Source: Vicugna vicugna (lineage: Eukaryota). Taken from it: 64,000 nt of DNA. The position numbers were made by a program, and so were the translations under genes. Below, piece by piece: positions 50,165 through 63,539 of this stretch (position 1 is the stretch's first letter; each line of letters opens with the position of its first letter). The notes under the pieces are model-generated. The model was not told the DNA's origin. It did no database searches and saw only the letters and a program-made list of their open reading frames with translations. The DNA lies in NCBI GenBank assembly GCA_013265495.1, contig MU057724.1:1131102-1195101 (forward strand), given 5' to 3'.

Positions 50165-50430
50165 TACGAGAGAAGAGTGGTGTGATTTTATCAACATAAG
50201 ACAAAGCAGAGCTTCTGAACAAAAGCCTTTCTGGAGATCAAACACGAAAGTTCAGTTCAGCAGGAGAAAAGGACAATTCTAAATGCTCGTGAACCCAGTA
50301 CCGAAAGTTCAAAATATGTAAAGCCAGAAGTGAAAGAACTACAGAGAGAACTTGCCCCATCGACAGATCTTTGGGGAGATTTTAATACCCTTGCCTTCAA
50401 AATTGACAGTAAGTGTACGGAAGATTTGAA
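50165..50430 (+). mobile_element. Old L1 ORF2 endonuclease fragment
   Basis: agacaaagcagagcttc, acaattctaaatgctcgtgaacccag, tcaaaatatgtaaagccagaagtgaaagaactaca, ggagattttaataccc (GDFNT motif). Confidence 0.8.
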
Positions 50431-51204
50431 TCACACACATTGTAAAGTATAAAGAGATTCTATGTCCTAAAACATTACATACATCTTGAAAATCATTTTG
50501 TTCTGCAAAAATACGCATAGAAACACAGCAAGCCTTCTGAGAGAGAGTTCGGGAGGACAGTCCAAAATGATACAGCCTTGTAACGTGAGCACAGCATGAA
50601 GGGGAGTCCTTAAGACTCTAGGGGATCATTTGGAAGCCCGTGTCGATGTGTCAGCGGAACAGATGCCGTCACCGTGGTTCCTAAAGACATGCCGGTGCAG
50701 TGGAGTGGAAGTGGTGTCTCAGCTTTACCTGGGCCGTGGCTGGTGGGTGCGCAGACAAGCCAGATGGAATCCCGTAACTGTGCTGTGTTTTCCTCCAGCT
50801 GCGAGTGTGCTCCTGTTGGCGGGACCGCGGGAGGAGGGCGGCGGGGCAGGAGCCCAGCCCCGCACGGGCCGGCCTGCGCCTCCGAGATGGAGCCCCGAGG
50901 GCTCGCTGCTGGGCTGGAGCCTTGCTCCGCCGGCGCAAGACAGATGCCGCAGTGCTTCTCCTGCCAGGATAGCAGTAACGTTGACGACGCTCCCATTTCC
51001 AGACAAAGGTCATAATTCTACCATCGTTCTCCTGCGCGTGCCTAGAGTATGTTGTGGATGAATAAACACAACTTTTATTCTATTCCAAAGAAATTATTCT
51101 ATTAATGAATCACATGTGAGTGGGTTTGCTTTACAGAAACACACTGTGGCAGAGGAGGCTGCATGTGGAGCCCTAAGCGGGCTGTTGGAGGAGACATCTT
51201 CCTT

Positions 51205-51680
51205 GCAATCAAGTCCATCAAACAAGTATTGGTATCACATAGATTATATTCTCTGACCGAAGTTCAACTAAGTTAGCACAGTTAACAATTAGTGAGAAAG
51301 GAAAATCATTAAAACTCCCCTATATTTGGAAATTAAAACATTTGAAACTAAAACTTTCTCATTGATCAAAGAAGAAAACACAATGGAAATGGATACAAAT
51401 GCAAACAATATTGGAATATAGAAATCATTAAATATAAGAATTTGTGGGACAGAGAAATGTATAGTCTTTAATGCATTTATTGGGGAAAATGCAAGCCTGA
51501 AAATTGATTTGAATGCTGAGAAAGATGAAGCAGAAGGAGAGCAATCATGAAAATGGAAATGGAAACAGAAATGGAAATGGAAATGGAAAGCCAAGACGAC
51601 AGACAGGACCAGCCAAGCTGACAGGTTAAAAAAGACACGATAAAAACAAAAGACTAATAACAACTATGAACGATGTTTAA
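51205..51680 (+). mobile_element. Old L1 ORF2 fragment (continuation)
   Basis: atattctctgacc, tatatttggaaattaaa, tcaaagaagaaa, aatttgtgggac, tttaatgcatttatt: region just after the EN domain. Confidence 0.75.
51551..51589. repeat. (AAATGG)n hexamer microsatellite, ~6.5 units
   Basis: aaatggaaatggaaacagaaatggaaatggaaatggaaa. Confidence 0.9.
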
Positions 51681-52399
51681 TGCAAGGCCTCCTACTTCTG
51701 CTGTTCCTCCCCGCCATACACACGCGCACACACAAGACTGACCGGTGAGATGTACACTGGGCGGCAGCCAGGGAGCACTGACGGTGCAGGAAGGCTCTGG
51801 GCGGGAGGATTGTGCATGCTGGTGCTTGGCCCACTTCTCCTCTGCATTTTCCAGTTTGGGAGGAACTTGACAGCTTGGCGGCTCTGTGGGGACAGCAGTT
51901 TGAAGCTAGGACTTGCTGAATGTTGGGACCTTGAAAAGCCACACATTAGTAAACCTGAAGCCGACAGCTCCTCACCAGGGAGTGCGCTCGGCCTCAAGTG
52001 ATCTCCGATGCTGAAGTTAGTGTCAGTGCCCTGGAGTGCGAGTGCTTCCAGGTGCAGACAGAAGCAACTGGGCATCCTCTCTGGGGGCAGATGACATCAT
52101 CCTAGAATTTAACTGGTTTCTGTAAACACCTTTGCAAATACAACGTTATGCGTGCAAGAAACACTGACCACCAACCGGAGAAGAAGGCAAAAACACATGA
52201 GAGAAAATTGCAAAAACAATAACTTCAGTAAAAATAAGTCAACAGGAGCTTCAGAAATTGGAGTTATCAGAAGAAGACACTTAATACCTGTAAATCCGAA
52301 AATTTATAGAAAATTGAAAAACTTCTAGAAACAATTTCAGGGACAATTCAAAACAAAACAAATAAGCTTAGTATTAAAGAATTCAAGGAGATATTAACA

Positions 52400-52535
52400 G
52401 GAGTGGGGAGAAAGAATGACTGCTAATAGTCACAAGTTCTTCTGGGGGTAGCAAACATTTTCTGGAGTCAGATACTGATCATAGGTGCATAAACTTATAA
52501 CCACACTAAAAACTACTGAATTGTGTACTTTAAAA
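52400..52535 (+). mobile_element. L1MB/ME-type 3' end
   Basis: gaatgactgctaatag...ctaaaaactactgaattgtgtactttaaaag. Confidence 0.75.
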
Positions 52536-52620
52536 GAAAAGAAATATTAAATATCTCCCAGTGACAGAATAGCTTAGCATGTAAGTTTCACCAGCTATTT
52601 GGGAAACAAATCATTTCGAT

Positions 52621-52995
52621 CTTTTTCTTCCAGCTTTATTGAGACGTAATTGGAAGGTAACACCGTGTAAGGATTAAGATGTGCAAGGTGATGATTTGAT
52701 ACATAGATATTGTGAAATGATTACTACACTAAGGTGAGTTAACACTTTCATAACCTCACAGAACTGCTGTTGTTTGTGGTGAGAACGCTGAAGGTCTGCT
52801 CTCTCAGCTCTCACGTGCACAGCACAGCGCTGCTCGTTGCTGTTACCGCGCTGCACACGAGACCCAGAACTTGCTGGCCTGACCCTGGCGTGCTCGCCAC
52901 CTCAGCAGGTTCTTTTCCATTGTGAGTTATTACGATATATCGAATGTAGTTCCCTGTGCTGTTCAGTGGGTCCTTGTTGCTCATCTGTTTCATAT
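52621..52995 (-). mobile_element. L1 3' end fragments
   Basis: ccagctttattgagacgtaattg...atgatttgatacatagatattgtgaaatgattac (paralog of 10573), followed by tagttccctgtgctgttcagtgggtccttgttg. Confidence 0.85.
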
Positions 52996-52999
52996 ACAG

Positions 53000-54200
53000 T
53001 AGAAAACTGTGAAGAGATCACATACAATCTGATATAAAATCACACCACAGCCCCAAGTGTAGACCTCACACAGCTTTAGCAGCTGTAAAGCAGCGTCCAC
53101 GCCGTTTCTTCTCTATCCTCCGTTCACTTCCCTCTACTTTCTTTGCTTATTTTGAAGCAAATCCCAGGCATCATGAAACTAACTTTTAAAGTAGTTTAGT
53201 AAGTGTATCTGAAAAAGAAGTACACTTTTTAGAATCAAAACATTATCAAAGTGATGCTTTAATATAAACAAGTATTTAGTGTTTGAATTTTCCCCAAGTG
53301 TTTCACAATTCTTTGTCATATTTTATTCAAATCAGGAACCAAATAAAGATCATCAATTAAAGATAATACGGTTAAGCCCTTAAATTTTTTTTTTTTGCAA
53401 TTTCTCTCTTGAAATAACCAGGACCTCCTCTATCTGATAGCGTTTCTTAGAGTCTGAAATTTTTTCAATTGCATGACTGTGAAGCAATTTAATATGTTTA
53501 TGCTCCTCTGTTCCCTGTGTGTTTCCTGCAAATCTCTAATTAGACTGACAGAGTTGATGAGATTCAAGACCCACTATTTTGCACAGAATATTTCACTGGT
53601 GATGTTATACACTTCAGTCGGAAGCTGCATGTCTAATTTTCTCTCTTTTATGAAATCAGCCGTCACTGATGACTCTTGACTAGATCTGTTATTTAATTAG
53701 AATTTTGAGAATGGTCTTAATTTATTGCCTAGAATACATTTATAACAGGAAACTTCTACTTAACTTGAGGGGCAGCCCGCATGGAAAAGGCAATGACAAA
53801 GGACAAGGGCTGCATTGTTTTCCTTTACTTACCAGTTTCTGAAATACCAATTTTTCCCTGAAGCAAGGAGGCAAAAGGGAATTTTTAAACATCCCTTTAA
53901 ATTTATATTTTAACACATTTAATTCATCACTATAAATATCCTTATTGATGCTAAAATAATCTCAACTCTGGCCAATAGGAATTTCTTCAGGTGTCCCACG
54001 TGTCCATATCATACATCTTAAGTGGCATTTGATAGTGTCTTGTCTTCTGCTATAATGAAATCCTTCAGGCTTATGGATCACAGCCCTGGAAGTAGCTAAA
54101 CCTTAAAGAAAACTTTCAGAGGCTAAACTCCGGACAGTGGGTTCTCACTGCTTCTCCTACAGTCGTGGTTTCTAGGACTTTTAGTAGAAAGATGAGTCAT
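53000..54200 (-). mobile_element. Old L1MC/ME 3' region
   Basis: tattttgaagcaaatcccaggcatcat, ttcaaatcaggaaccaaataaag, tcttattgatgct-like and tggccaataggaatttcttcagg motifs. Confidence 0.7.
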
Positions 54201-57200
54201 TGTGGGATCACGTGTCTGCTCCTGATTAAATCGGGGAGGCGGTTCTTCAGTGCTGACTCTGCGTCTGTGGCTCCTGCCTCCCTCCCGGCGCGGTCCCGGC
54301 TCCTGACAGCGTGGGGACTCTCTGCTGCTCTAGGGAACCTTCAGCCCCTTCTCTCTCCATTTTGTCTGTGATACTCTGTTCAGCTTCTGTGGGGTACTCA
54401 CGCTACTGCAACACATTATAATCTCTGTAGAAGAGCTTCACTCCGTCTAGGCTTTAAAATGTATTTATGACGAGTTTTATAAAGCAGCGTCTTAGGCTTT
54501 TGAAACGTCTTCCTTGATAGGTACCCCCTTTTTAGTTTTCAATATCATTTAGCTGTGCTTCCTCTCTCTCCTTTTTTAATCTGTTAGGTTGGCTAGGGGG
54601 TTCCTTACTTCATTGATTTTATTATGAATCAGTATTTACATGCATATATTCGTTCCAAATTCTGGAACTGTTTGTTTTTAACTTTATTTTTGATTTATAA
54701 TTACTAATTCCATTCTTTTGCTTTTTGTTTCATCTTATATTTCTTGTTTTGTCTTCAGTAGAGAGTTTAATTCATTTCTTTATTTTCATTTCCAAAAGTT
54801 TCAATACATCATGTCATAAATTTCTTTCTCATAACTTCTTTACCTGTTTTCCAGAGCCTGAAACATTGTGCAATCAATAGCATTGTTTTAAAGTAATTCT
54901 GTCATCTTATTTTGAATTTTTATTTAATCTAAAGCTGTCAGATAAAACCTCTTTGCTTTCTGTTTGTGCTAATCGTATTGAATTTATTGTACCTACATTC
55001 AACTTGTATTGTTACATTATTTGTATTCTTTGAAAATTATTGAGATGGTTTTTAGGAAAAGATATGGAAAATGTTTGCCCGTGTTCCTTGGCTACTTAGA
55101 AAGAAGACACAGTCTGTGTCATCGGGGCTGAGTCATGAGCATCCTTGGGTGCTGTGCTCCAGTTGGCCCTTGGAGCTCTTCCCCCTGAGTGAGGACGCTA
55201 GGCTCTCAGGCGAGGGCCAGCTGGCGTCTCAGTTGCTCCTGCCCTCCGAGCGCCTCCTCTGCCCCTCCACTCCTGCAGGACAGCTGACGCCCCAGGCCTG
55301 CTGCTGGGGGGGTGGGGCTCCTTGCCACGGTTTGGGGCTCGTGGGGATGGATAGCACTAGATGTTGTCCGTGTTTTGGTTTGTTCCTTTCTCCATTTCCT
55401 TGTTGGTTTTGCCCTACTTGCTCTGTTGTTTCATTTTATTTCAGGGGTTGGGAGAGGGCTGAAGATTGGAAAGTGTGTGAATCCATCCATATCTTGACCA
55501 GACCTTGATATCAGTCATTTAATCTGGTAGTGTTTTGAATAGTTAGACCAGCATCACAAAAAAACCTCCCTTTTGATATATGAACACCCTTTGACTTCTA
55601 TTACAGCTTGAAATTAGAAATGATCATACTTTGCCAGTAAATACAATATTTTGGCTTCTGCTGATGGATGGAAAGTTGGAGGAATAGTTCTAGGAACAGT
55701 TAAAGCCGAGAGTGTTGACCAGGTTTAATGGAAAAGCAAACTGAAGACCCCCTGGGGTCTGCAGAGAGCTGTCACACGTGCGCCTGGCCGGCCTCGGCAG
55801 CAGGTGTGCCCGGATGTGTCCGTTCTGATGGAGGCAAGTGAGCAAGTCAGCGAGCGTGGAAAACCCATTCTTGCGAGGTGTGAGCAGCTCTTTCCATGTG
55901 GTTGTCTTCGCAGCTGTCCAAAGCATTTCTGTTTTTTCCTGCTGGTTTTGAGTTTTTAATTTCAGCAGAAAGTGATGACAGCCTGAACTGCTTTTTCAAA
56001 TACCCAAAGTCACACTTCTCTTTCTAATAACATTTGCAGAATAAATGAGATTTACTTAATTAAAAGAATTAAAATTCTAATGAGTTATAGCTGAAATAAT
56101 TTAACTTTTGTGAACCATCATTAATCTTCCACTCTGTTTTCACTTTGTGAGTTCGTTTAACAAACTAAACCTTCCTCAACATATTATACTTTACATTTCA
56201 TACCAAGAGACATCTCAGCAGTGCTGAGGGGTGAAATCTGGGAACAAGCGGTGAGGGCGCTTCCTGGGGACAGAGCAGAATCAGGTTTAATCCTCAAAGT
56301 TGTCTCAGCCGATGGGTGAGCAACAGAGGCTCCTTTTCAGGTCTCTGATTCACTCCCTTATCCACAAATAAAATGATTTGTAACATAATACTTAACAAGA
56401 AAATAATTTTCAGCATAAGTGATTTTGATTATTTTACCAGTTTTTTAATAAATCTCTTTCTTGTGAGAGATTCATATTCTGAATTCATATTTTTTTAATC
56501 TCAAGGAAATGATGCATGTTTTTCTCTTACTTTTTCTATAATAAGGATGGTAAATAGAAGAAAGGCAGCTCTAATGGAGTTAAGTTTTTGTCGAATCAAA
56601 AAATGTCCTTTCTAAAAAGCCACCCAAAAATTCATGCGGGCACAGGGTAATCCTTGGGCTAAACAAAGGATTGCACCACGCAGGCGTGGGTGGGGGTGAG
56701 TGGTGCAGTGAAAAGTCATGCCAGACGCCACAATTTAAAAGAAAGATCTGTGCATTTGTTTAGTGCTTTTGCTTTACAGAATATTTTGACATCCCTTAGG
56801 GCTTTTAAAAACGTTTTCTAATTTCTATCTTTAGATTTATGTGCATCATTGTTTTATATTTAAGGCCAAAAATATAGGAAGATATAGGAAGGAGGGCTTC
56901 AGTGAGGCCTGGGAGCGTCCTCAGTGCAGGCAGACCAAGGAACAAATGTGTTCTGTCTCGTGTGTTAACCAGACTTTTCCCTGGAGCTAGGCCACCCCCG
57001 TGAGAGTGAGTTCAGAACCCTGCCCAAGGCCCCGGTCACTCTTGGAAGCAGGACTGGGGTGTCCCCTGCCTCACAGCTGCCCGGCATGGGGCAGAACACA
57101 GACCATGGACTCTGGGCTCTGCTGCTCTTTAGAGCTCAGAGACTAAACACATGGGGGCAGCTGGGCGTGGAGGGGAGTCCTCTGCTGAGTATAACCTGGG

Positions 57201-57339
57201 GCCTCCAGGGACCCGCGTGACCCCAGGTCACTGTCAGCAGGTGAGGCCGACCTGAGGGATGGGACCCTGTTAAGATGTGATCATTTAAAACTGAAGCAGA
57301 AAATAGCAACCTTATTCTTTTTTTTTTCAGAAATTTTCT

Positions 57340-57500
57340 TTTTTTTGACTCAGTTGATTTACACTGTGTGCTGATTGCTGGTGTACAGAATAGTGGTTCA
57401 TTTATACATGTATACAGCCCTCTTCGTGTCTTTTTCACCATGGGCCATCACAGGGTGTTGAGTGTAACTCCCTGTGCTGTGCAGCAGGACCTTGCTGGTC
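57340..57500 (-). mobile_element. L1 extreme 3' end
   Basis: agttgatttacactgtgtgctgattgctggtgtacag...ctccctgtgctgtgcagcaggaccttgctgg preceded by poly-T. Confidence 0.8.
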
Positions 57501-57519
57501 ATGTGTCACGTGCAGTGTC

Positions 57520-57918
57520 CCTGAGTGTGACTGCTAGGGCTGCAGGAACCAAGTGTCATCAGCTGGGTGGCTCCCAGCTCTGGAGGCTGAACGTCCGAGG
57601 TCAAGGTGTCTGAGGGCTGAGGCTGCGGGCGAGGACCTGGTCCAGGCCTCTCCTTGACTTGGAGACGACTTGGAGACGACATCCTTCTCCCTGTCCCTTC
57701 ACATCACATCTTCCTTCTGTGCACGTCTGTCTCTGTATCCAAATCATGCCTTTTTATAAGGACACAAGTCACAGTGGACTGGGGCCCAGCCTAATGACCT
57801 CATTACACCTGATCCCCATCGTAAAGACCGTGTGCCCAGATGAGGCCCCATTCTGAAGTACTGGGTGTTGGAACTTCAGCATATGGATCTGGAGGGGGCA
57901 TAACTCAACCTATAGCGC
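57520..57918 (-). mobile_element. MaLR solo LTR, MLT1B/C-like
   Basis: ctagggctgcaggaaccaagtg, tctggaggctgaacgtccgaggtcaaggtgtc, ttttataaggacacaagtca, attctgaagtactggg, caacctatagc. Confidence 0.88.
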
Positions 57919-58039
57919 ACTCCACGCAGGCGAGCACAGCCCTCAGGTCACAGCCCCTGACTGACAGCAGTCAGCCCTCTTGACTTGCTGTCAAATAAAG
58001 CTGACAAGTCTTCCCACAGTGCCTCCATTGAGGTTCGAC

Positions 58040-58440
58040 TTTCAGCTGTTCTCCAGTCCTGCCAGCATGAACCCAGTTCCCTCAAGGACAAATGTGCCCT
58101 TTTACATCTCTACATTTCCAGACGTTGACTTCCTTTTTCCCCAAAGCTTTTCTCTGCATGACACCTTCATAAATTCCCCCTCGTCCACTGCACCCTGTCA
58201 GCCTGTCGATTCCCCTGGGAAGCTCCCTCCTGACTCCTGCCCCAGCCTGGGCAACAGGAAGCTGCCCAGAATTTCCCCGGCCCCCCTGCTCCTTGTAATG
58301 AGCTTATGCTCTTTGAAATGAAGAGCTCTTTTCTATTTATTTATATCTAGGTATTTCCACAGCTCAGTACCAAAAAAAAAAGGTACACAAAACACAGCAG
58401 CCACTCAATTAGCGTTAAAGGAACAAATAAAGAACAAAAG
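58040..58440 (+). mobile_element. L2 3' fragment
   Basis: tatgctctttgaaatgaagagctc...ccacagctcagtac...cagcagccactcaattagcgttaaaggaacaaataaa resembles the L2a end. Confidence 0.45.
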
Positions 58441-59564
58441 AATAAAGAATAAAAAGGTGGATCACGGGGAGTGAAGCCCGCAGTGACGCCGGCAGGATGT
58501 TAGCAACACCTCCTAGTTATCGGTGCCTGCTGTCTGCCATGGATGTGCTGTTTCACAAGTTCTGTTCTCATTTTAAAAATCAAAACACGACACAGTGTAG
58601 TTAACCTGGCTCAGTTGATGAGATCCTTATAAGGGGAAACGTGACGGCACCTTCAGCCAGCACAGGTGTTTCCTAGAAGGTCTGCAGTCGGCGGGAGACC
58701 TGCGTGCTGGGGCCCGCCTTCTGCCGGGGGCCCTCCCTGGAAACCCAGAGATTATGGAAAGGAGCCCTGAACCCTTGTCCTCAGCGTTCCCTCTGCCAGG
58801 TTTGTAATCAACCTGGAAATTCTCAGGTCATTTGTCGCCGCTCCTCCAGCTTCAGACCCAGGTCTCCCCTCAGTGATGTCACGACGGAAGAGCTGTCCTG
58901 ACTGTGGAGCTGGTTTCATGGGTGTGCACACCTGTGGAAATTCATCACATTGTACATCTGAAATGTGTGTGGTCGACTGTACAGGAACCATAGCACATTA
59001 AAGGGTTTAAAAAAGAATAAAAAGGTAAAAATGAAAGAGCTGAATGAGAAAAGGAAGTAAAGGGCTAGTGGGTGTCCCTGCTCCACTGCTGGGGGCTGGG
59101 TGACCCCTTTCATCCTCACTTGTTCTGCTCCAGACATTTTTGTCACCTTCCAGTAGTTTTCACAGCTTCACTTCAGCCTGGCTGGTGGCCTTCCTGGCGT
59201 TACTCACCTGAGTGCCTTTGCTTGCTGTGGCTCATTCGATGGACTTTCTGTCCCCATTAATTGACCTTTTTGGATCTGAGCTCATGCTGGAGCAGAGACC
59301 CCCTCTGCATCCACAATTAGTCTTCAGAAACCCGTAGTTCTCTTTCTCATCAGGGTCATTTGTAATTACAGTGTCAGAGCCTTATTTTTAGAATAGAGCG
59401 CAGGGTTTTATTACCTTTAGCGTGATTATTCTTACCACTCAACTGATTTCCTTGCTTCTAAAAGCTTCTCTCGCTCTAATTCACTTTATAATATATAGAG
59501 TTTCTATTGTTTTGAACTAAGTTCTAAGGATATTGTAGGACTTTCTAACCTTCACTGTCATCGT

Positions 59565-59990
59565 GTGTATTGGCTGGGCTTGTCCTGACACAGTACCACG
59601 AACTGGATGGCTTGAGCAACAGACATTTATGTCCTCAAAATTGTGAAGCTTCGAAGTCCAAAATCAAGGTGTCAGTAGCGTTGACTGACCTCTTCTGAGG
59701 CTGGGAAGAAAGATCTGCTCCGTGTCTCTGTCTGGCTTCCAGTGGTTTCCTGGCAGATCTGCTCCTCGGCTTATGGATGGCCCTCTCCCATCCCTGCCCT
59801 CACCTTCCCGTGGCGTTTCCTCTGCTCCTGTCCGTCTCCAAATGTCCCCTTCTTGCTAGAGCACCAGTCACACTGGATTGGGGCCCACCCTGCTTCCTGA
59901 TTGCATCAGCAGTGACCCTGCCCTCCAGAGAGGTCACAGTCTGATGTTCTGGGGACAGAACTTCAACATGTAAATGTCTGGGGGCGTTAC
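59565..59990 (-). mobile_element. MaLR solo LTR, MLT1B/C-like
   Basis: cagtaccacgaactggatggcttgagcaacagacatttat, aagtccaaaatcaaggtgtcag, caccagtcacactggattggggcccaccct, gaacttcaacatgtaa. Confidence 0.88.
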
Positions 59991-62359
59991 ATCATGTCAG
60001 CCGACACTGCAGAGCCACCTGTAGGAGGAGGTGGGAGTGCTTCCTGGAAGAGCCCACGGAACACAGGCCTTTGGTGGTAATCCTGAAAGACAAGAAGATT
60101 TTGTAAACATAAATCAGTACTAGGGGCAAGTCCCAGCGACAGGGACAAGATGGCAAAGCACAGTCGGCCCCTTTCTTCCGAACCAAGAGCTGTGGGCTGG
60201 AATGCTGGGGGAGAGCTGCACTCGCCCTGGGGCTGTTCAAGTCGGAAGGTTCCTGCAGCCCTGCGCAGATCTGAGAGCAGTGATCTGATGAGAACACGTG
60301 TCCTGAGAACCCTAAAATGAAAGGAAGCAGGGAATATAGAAAGGAAAATTCATTTTAACAAGTAGCAGTAATCTTGTGAACGAGACACCAGAAGCCTGTG
60401 GAGGTTGGGGTGCAGAGCTCCTGGAATTCGGCTGTTGGAATATTCCATGGCAAGCGCCTGAGATCGGCGTGGCCTCTGACAGCCGTGCGCTGAGCTGGAT
60501 TCCAGAACCCTCCGTCCCGTAAGCTCTGGGAGGAGGGAACCACATCCTCTACTCTGCGCTTTGTGTTCAGTGCTCTGCATGTGTTTGGGGCCTCATAACA
60601 GGTCAGCATGCATTTCAACTGAGTCACGAATGCACACACACACAAGGGAGAATTACTAGGCTCAGGACACGCGGATTCTGCTCTGAGTCAGAGGGTGAGC
60701 AGACTGCGGGCTCTCAGACCGGCGCCTGGTGTGGAGCGGTTCTGTGAGCCCCTCCCCCGAGACGCAAGGCAGCCCTGTCTGCTGTTGCCGTGCCTTTGGG
60801 CGTAGGTGGAATATGGTGAAACTTACTCTCGGTGGCTTTTGCCGCCTCTGTGATTAGCACTTAGAGACATTCCGTTGGAGCCAGAAGGATGGATGGACCT
60901 GGTTATTTTTTCTGAGGGAGAACATGAGGTACCATGTACCATGTACCAAATTGCTGGTTAACGGGCTCACAGCAGCCCTTTAAGCATCGTTGGGGAGATG
61001 ATCACAGAAGCGTGTGAGACATGGAAAGTATTATTAAAAATATGTCAGCTTTTGGTATTGCATCCCTAATCCTTCCTGAAGATCCATTATGACACCAGAG
61101 AACTGTAAGAATGATGATGGTGACATTTACCGAGGAAATGCAAACAGCATAACTTTCCACTTTAATGCACTGTATTCCCATGTTGACCCAGAACTCAGAA
61201 AGGTTTTCATTTTTGTATCAAATTCACAGTGGCTTTTTTTCCTCACTTCTTTTTAAAACCAGTAACAAGTATTTTCTTTGAGCGTCTACTTAAAGTCTGA
61301 GAGTCTGAGAGGCCTTCTGGTAATGAATAGGGGTGACATCATTTTAATCAGCCCTAAATGTTTGAGCTGTTTTTGTTGCTTGATTATATTTACAAGGGTT
61401 TATTTTATACCTACACAGATTTCTTGTAGTAATTAGCTTTCCGAGAATTAAATTGCAGGCTAAAAAAACTAAGGTATAATTCAGTTTCCTTTCATCAGGA
61501 TGATGCAGCCAGGCTTCAGTGGGGAGTCAGCCAGTATATTTGTACGAGAGTTTACTTTCTAAACATGTGGACCCGGAACATTCTAGAACTAAGATTCTCT
61601 GGGAAACGGCCTGGTTTAAGCTAAGATATAAAATGTGCAGCCTTGGTTATGATAGTCTCCATCTGTCAGTGAACTGCGACTTTCTCAAACGTTTGTTGGG
61701 CGAGGTGAGGCTGCACGCACTGCGCAGAATTCTCCCTTCCGTGGGTTTCTGGTGGCAGGTCGGGGGCCCAGGGGTGTGCTGGTGGGAGGTGTGATGGGTG
61801 GAGGTGAGCCCACCTGTCCTGCGGCTCCCGTGTGTGTGCTGACAGGCCTTGTGGTGGGCGGGCTGTGAGGGCATCGTCCCCAGGGCCTGCCTCAGCCTCC
61901 TGGTCTCCCCAGTAGGTGTGTGCATTTCACTGCATAACAAAGAGGTTATGCAAAGAGGTGGGGGCTCACCTCTGCCCCGCCCCTGCCCCATCAGGAGCAG
62001 ACGGGATGACGGGAGCCAGCGCACGTTTCAGCCCCCCAGGACTGGGTCCCGCTCCTGCTTCTGTCCATTTTCCCGTCTTCCTCCTGCCACCTCCTCTGGG
62101 GACTCTCCATGCCAGCCTCAGACACAGAGTCAGGAGCCTCGAGCCTTGACTGGAAAGGGGTTCTTCACCCTGAATGCCATTTGGGCTGTATGACTCACAC
62201 TTCTGTGTATTTTAAAATCATAATGTTTATTCATATTTTCCAAAATGAAACTAAGAAAGTAGCCCCAATTTTTCTTGGAAGAGAATTTGCATCAACGTGG
62301 AAGATGACTAGTATGCTGCAGTTTAGAATAGTTTAGCATTTTCTTAAAGAACAATTCTG

Positions 62360-62960
62360 CGGGAGTCATGTTATAGGGCTTGGAGGGAAATAAAAGCAGC
62401 GTTCAGGACATAATTATACAGTTTCCAAGTAAGAGCCTCACGCGGAGACTTAATCCAGCACTGCTCCCGTGGCTCCTGAGCAGCACACGTCTGCCAGAGT
62501 CACCTGCCCGGGCGTGGGCTTCCTCCCCCGCACACAGTAGCCCGCGTGGTGGCCCACGTGGTGGCCTGGTGCGTTGGCGTGGAGCAGTCACTGGGGAATG
62601 AACTAACACGGACACGTTAGTGTTAAGCAGAGTCCACAACTTGCAGATTTCCTGAGTTTTACCCTAATGTCCTGTTCCATGACCCTCTCTAGGGCACCAT
62701 GTGACATTCGTTCATTCTGTCTCTTCAGCACCTCTTGGCTGCTTCACAGACATTCCTTATTTTCAGTGAACTTGACCGTTTGAGATGTGCTGGTCAGGTA
62801 TGCAGTCGGATGCCTCTCTGTTGGAATTTGTGTGATGCTTTTCTTAGGAATAGAAGGGGTTATAGGTTTGGGGAGGAAGACTGCAGAAGCAAAGTGCCAT
62901 TTTTATCATGTCACAGCAAGTGCACACGTGCCCCGTGACTCATCACTGTTGACTGGGTAT
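62360..62960 (-). mobile_element. L1MC-type 3' end
   Basis: agtttttaccctaatgtcc-like, tgtgctggtcaggtatgcagtcggatgcctctctgttggaatttgtgtgatg, gggaggaagactgcagaagcaaagtgccattttt; paralogous to 37720-38160. Confidence 0.85.
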
Positions 62961-63064
62961 GATGCTTCTCTACTTTTGTTATTTTATTGTTCACATCGCT
63001 CCACCACTGACCAGTGGGAACATTTAGTTGGCTCCTGTGTCTCTTTGCCTCTCCATCCTGTGTG

Positions 63065-63430
63065 TGTGTGTCTGATAGTTTTTGGTAAAGGGATGACTCG
63101 GGCTGGGCCGGCCACTCGTGATGGTCTTAGGATGGGAACTGGCCATGCCAGAAAGATGAACCACATGGTTTAGGGGACACTTTGGGCAGCACAGTGTATG
63201 TCAGCGTGGAGACTAGGCTCTACCACATGGACAATCATGCCAATATGACAAGGCCTCCAACCCTGGAGGATGAGTGAGATGTCTGGGGTGGTGATACTCT
63301 GTGCTGTTAGCCAGTATTAACACATGGAGCTGACACATTCTGAATATGATGGAAGCCTCCCCATTTGGAACCCTCCCAGACCCTGTCCGATGTATCCACC
63401 CCCCTTCCCCCAAGCTGATTTTAATGCCCC
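63065..63430 (+). mobile_element. ERVL-class LTR, MER21/MER77-like
   Basis: ctggccatgccagaaagatgaaccacatggtttaggg, caatcatgcc, ggaagcctccccatttggaaccctcccagaccctgtccgatgtatc match the recalled MER21-family consensus. Confidence 0.7.
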
Positions 63431-63539
63431 CTTTCTCACAGGGACACTTCCTCATAATATGCACTTGAATGTGTCTCTTCTGGTTTGGAGGCGCTCTCCT
63501 CCAGCAACGATGATTATCCTTTGCTAAAAATCTTTGTCT

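Noticed and set aside
60020..60082. Minus-strand candidate exon after ttcttgtctttcag
   Set aside because: Weak donor (ag|gtggct), unrecognised peptide and no partner exons.
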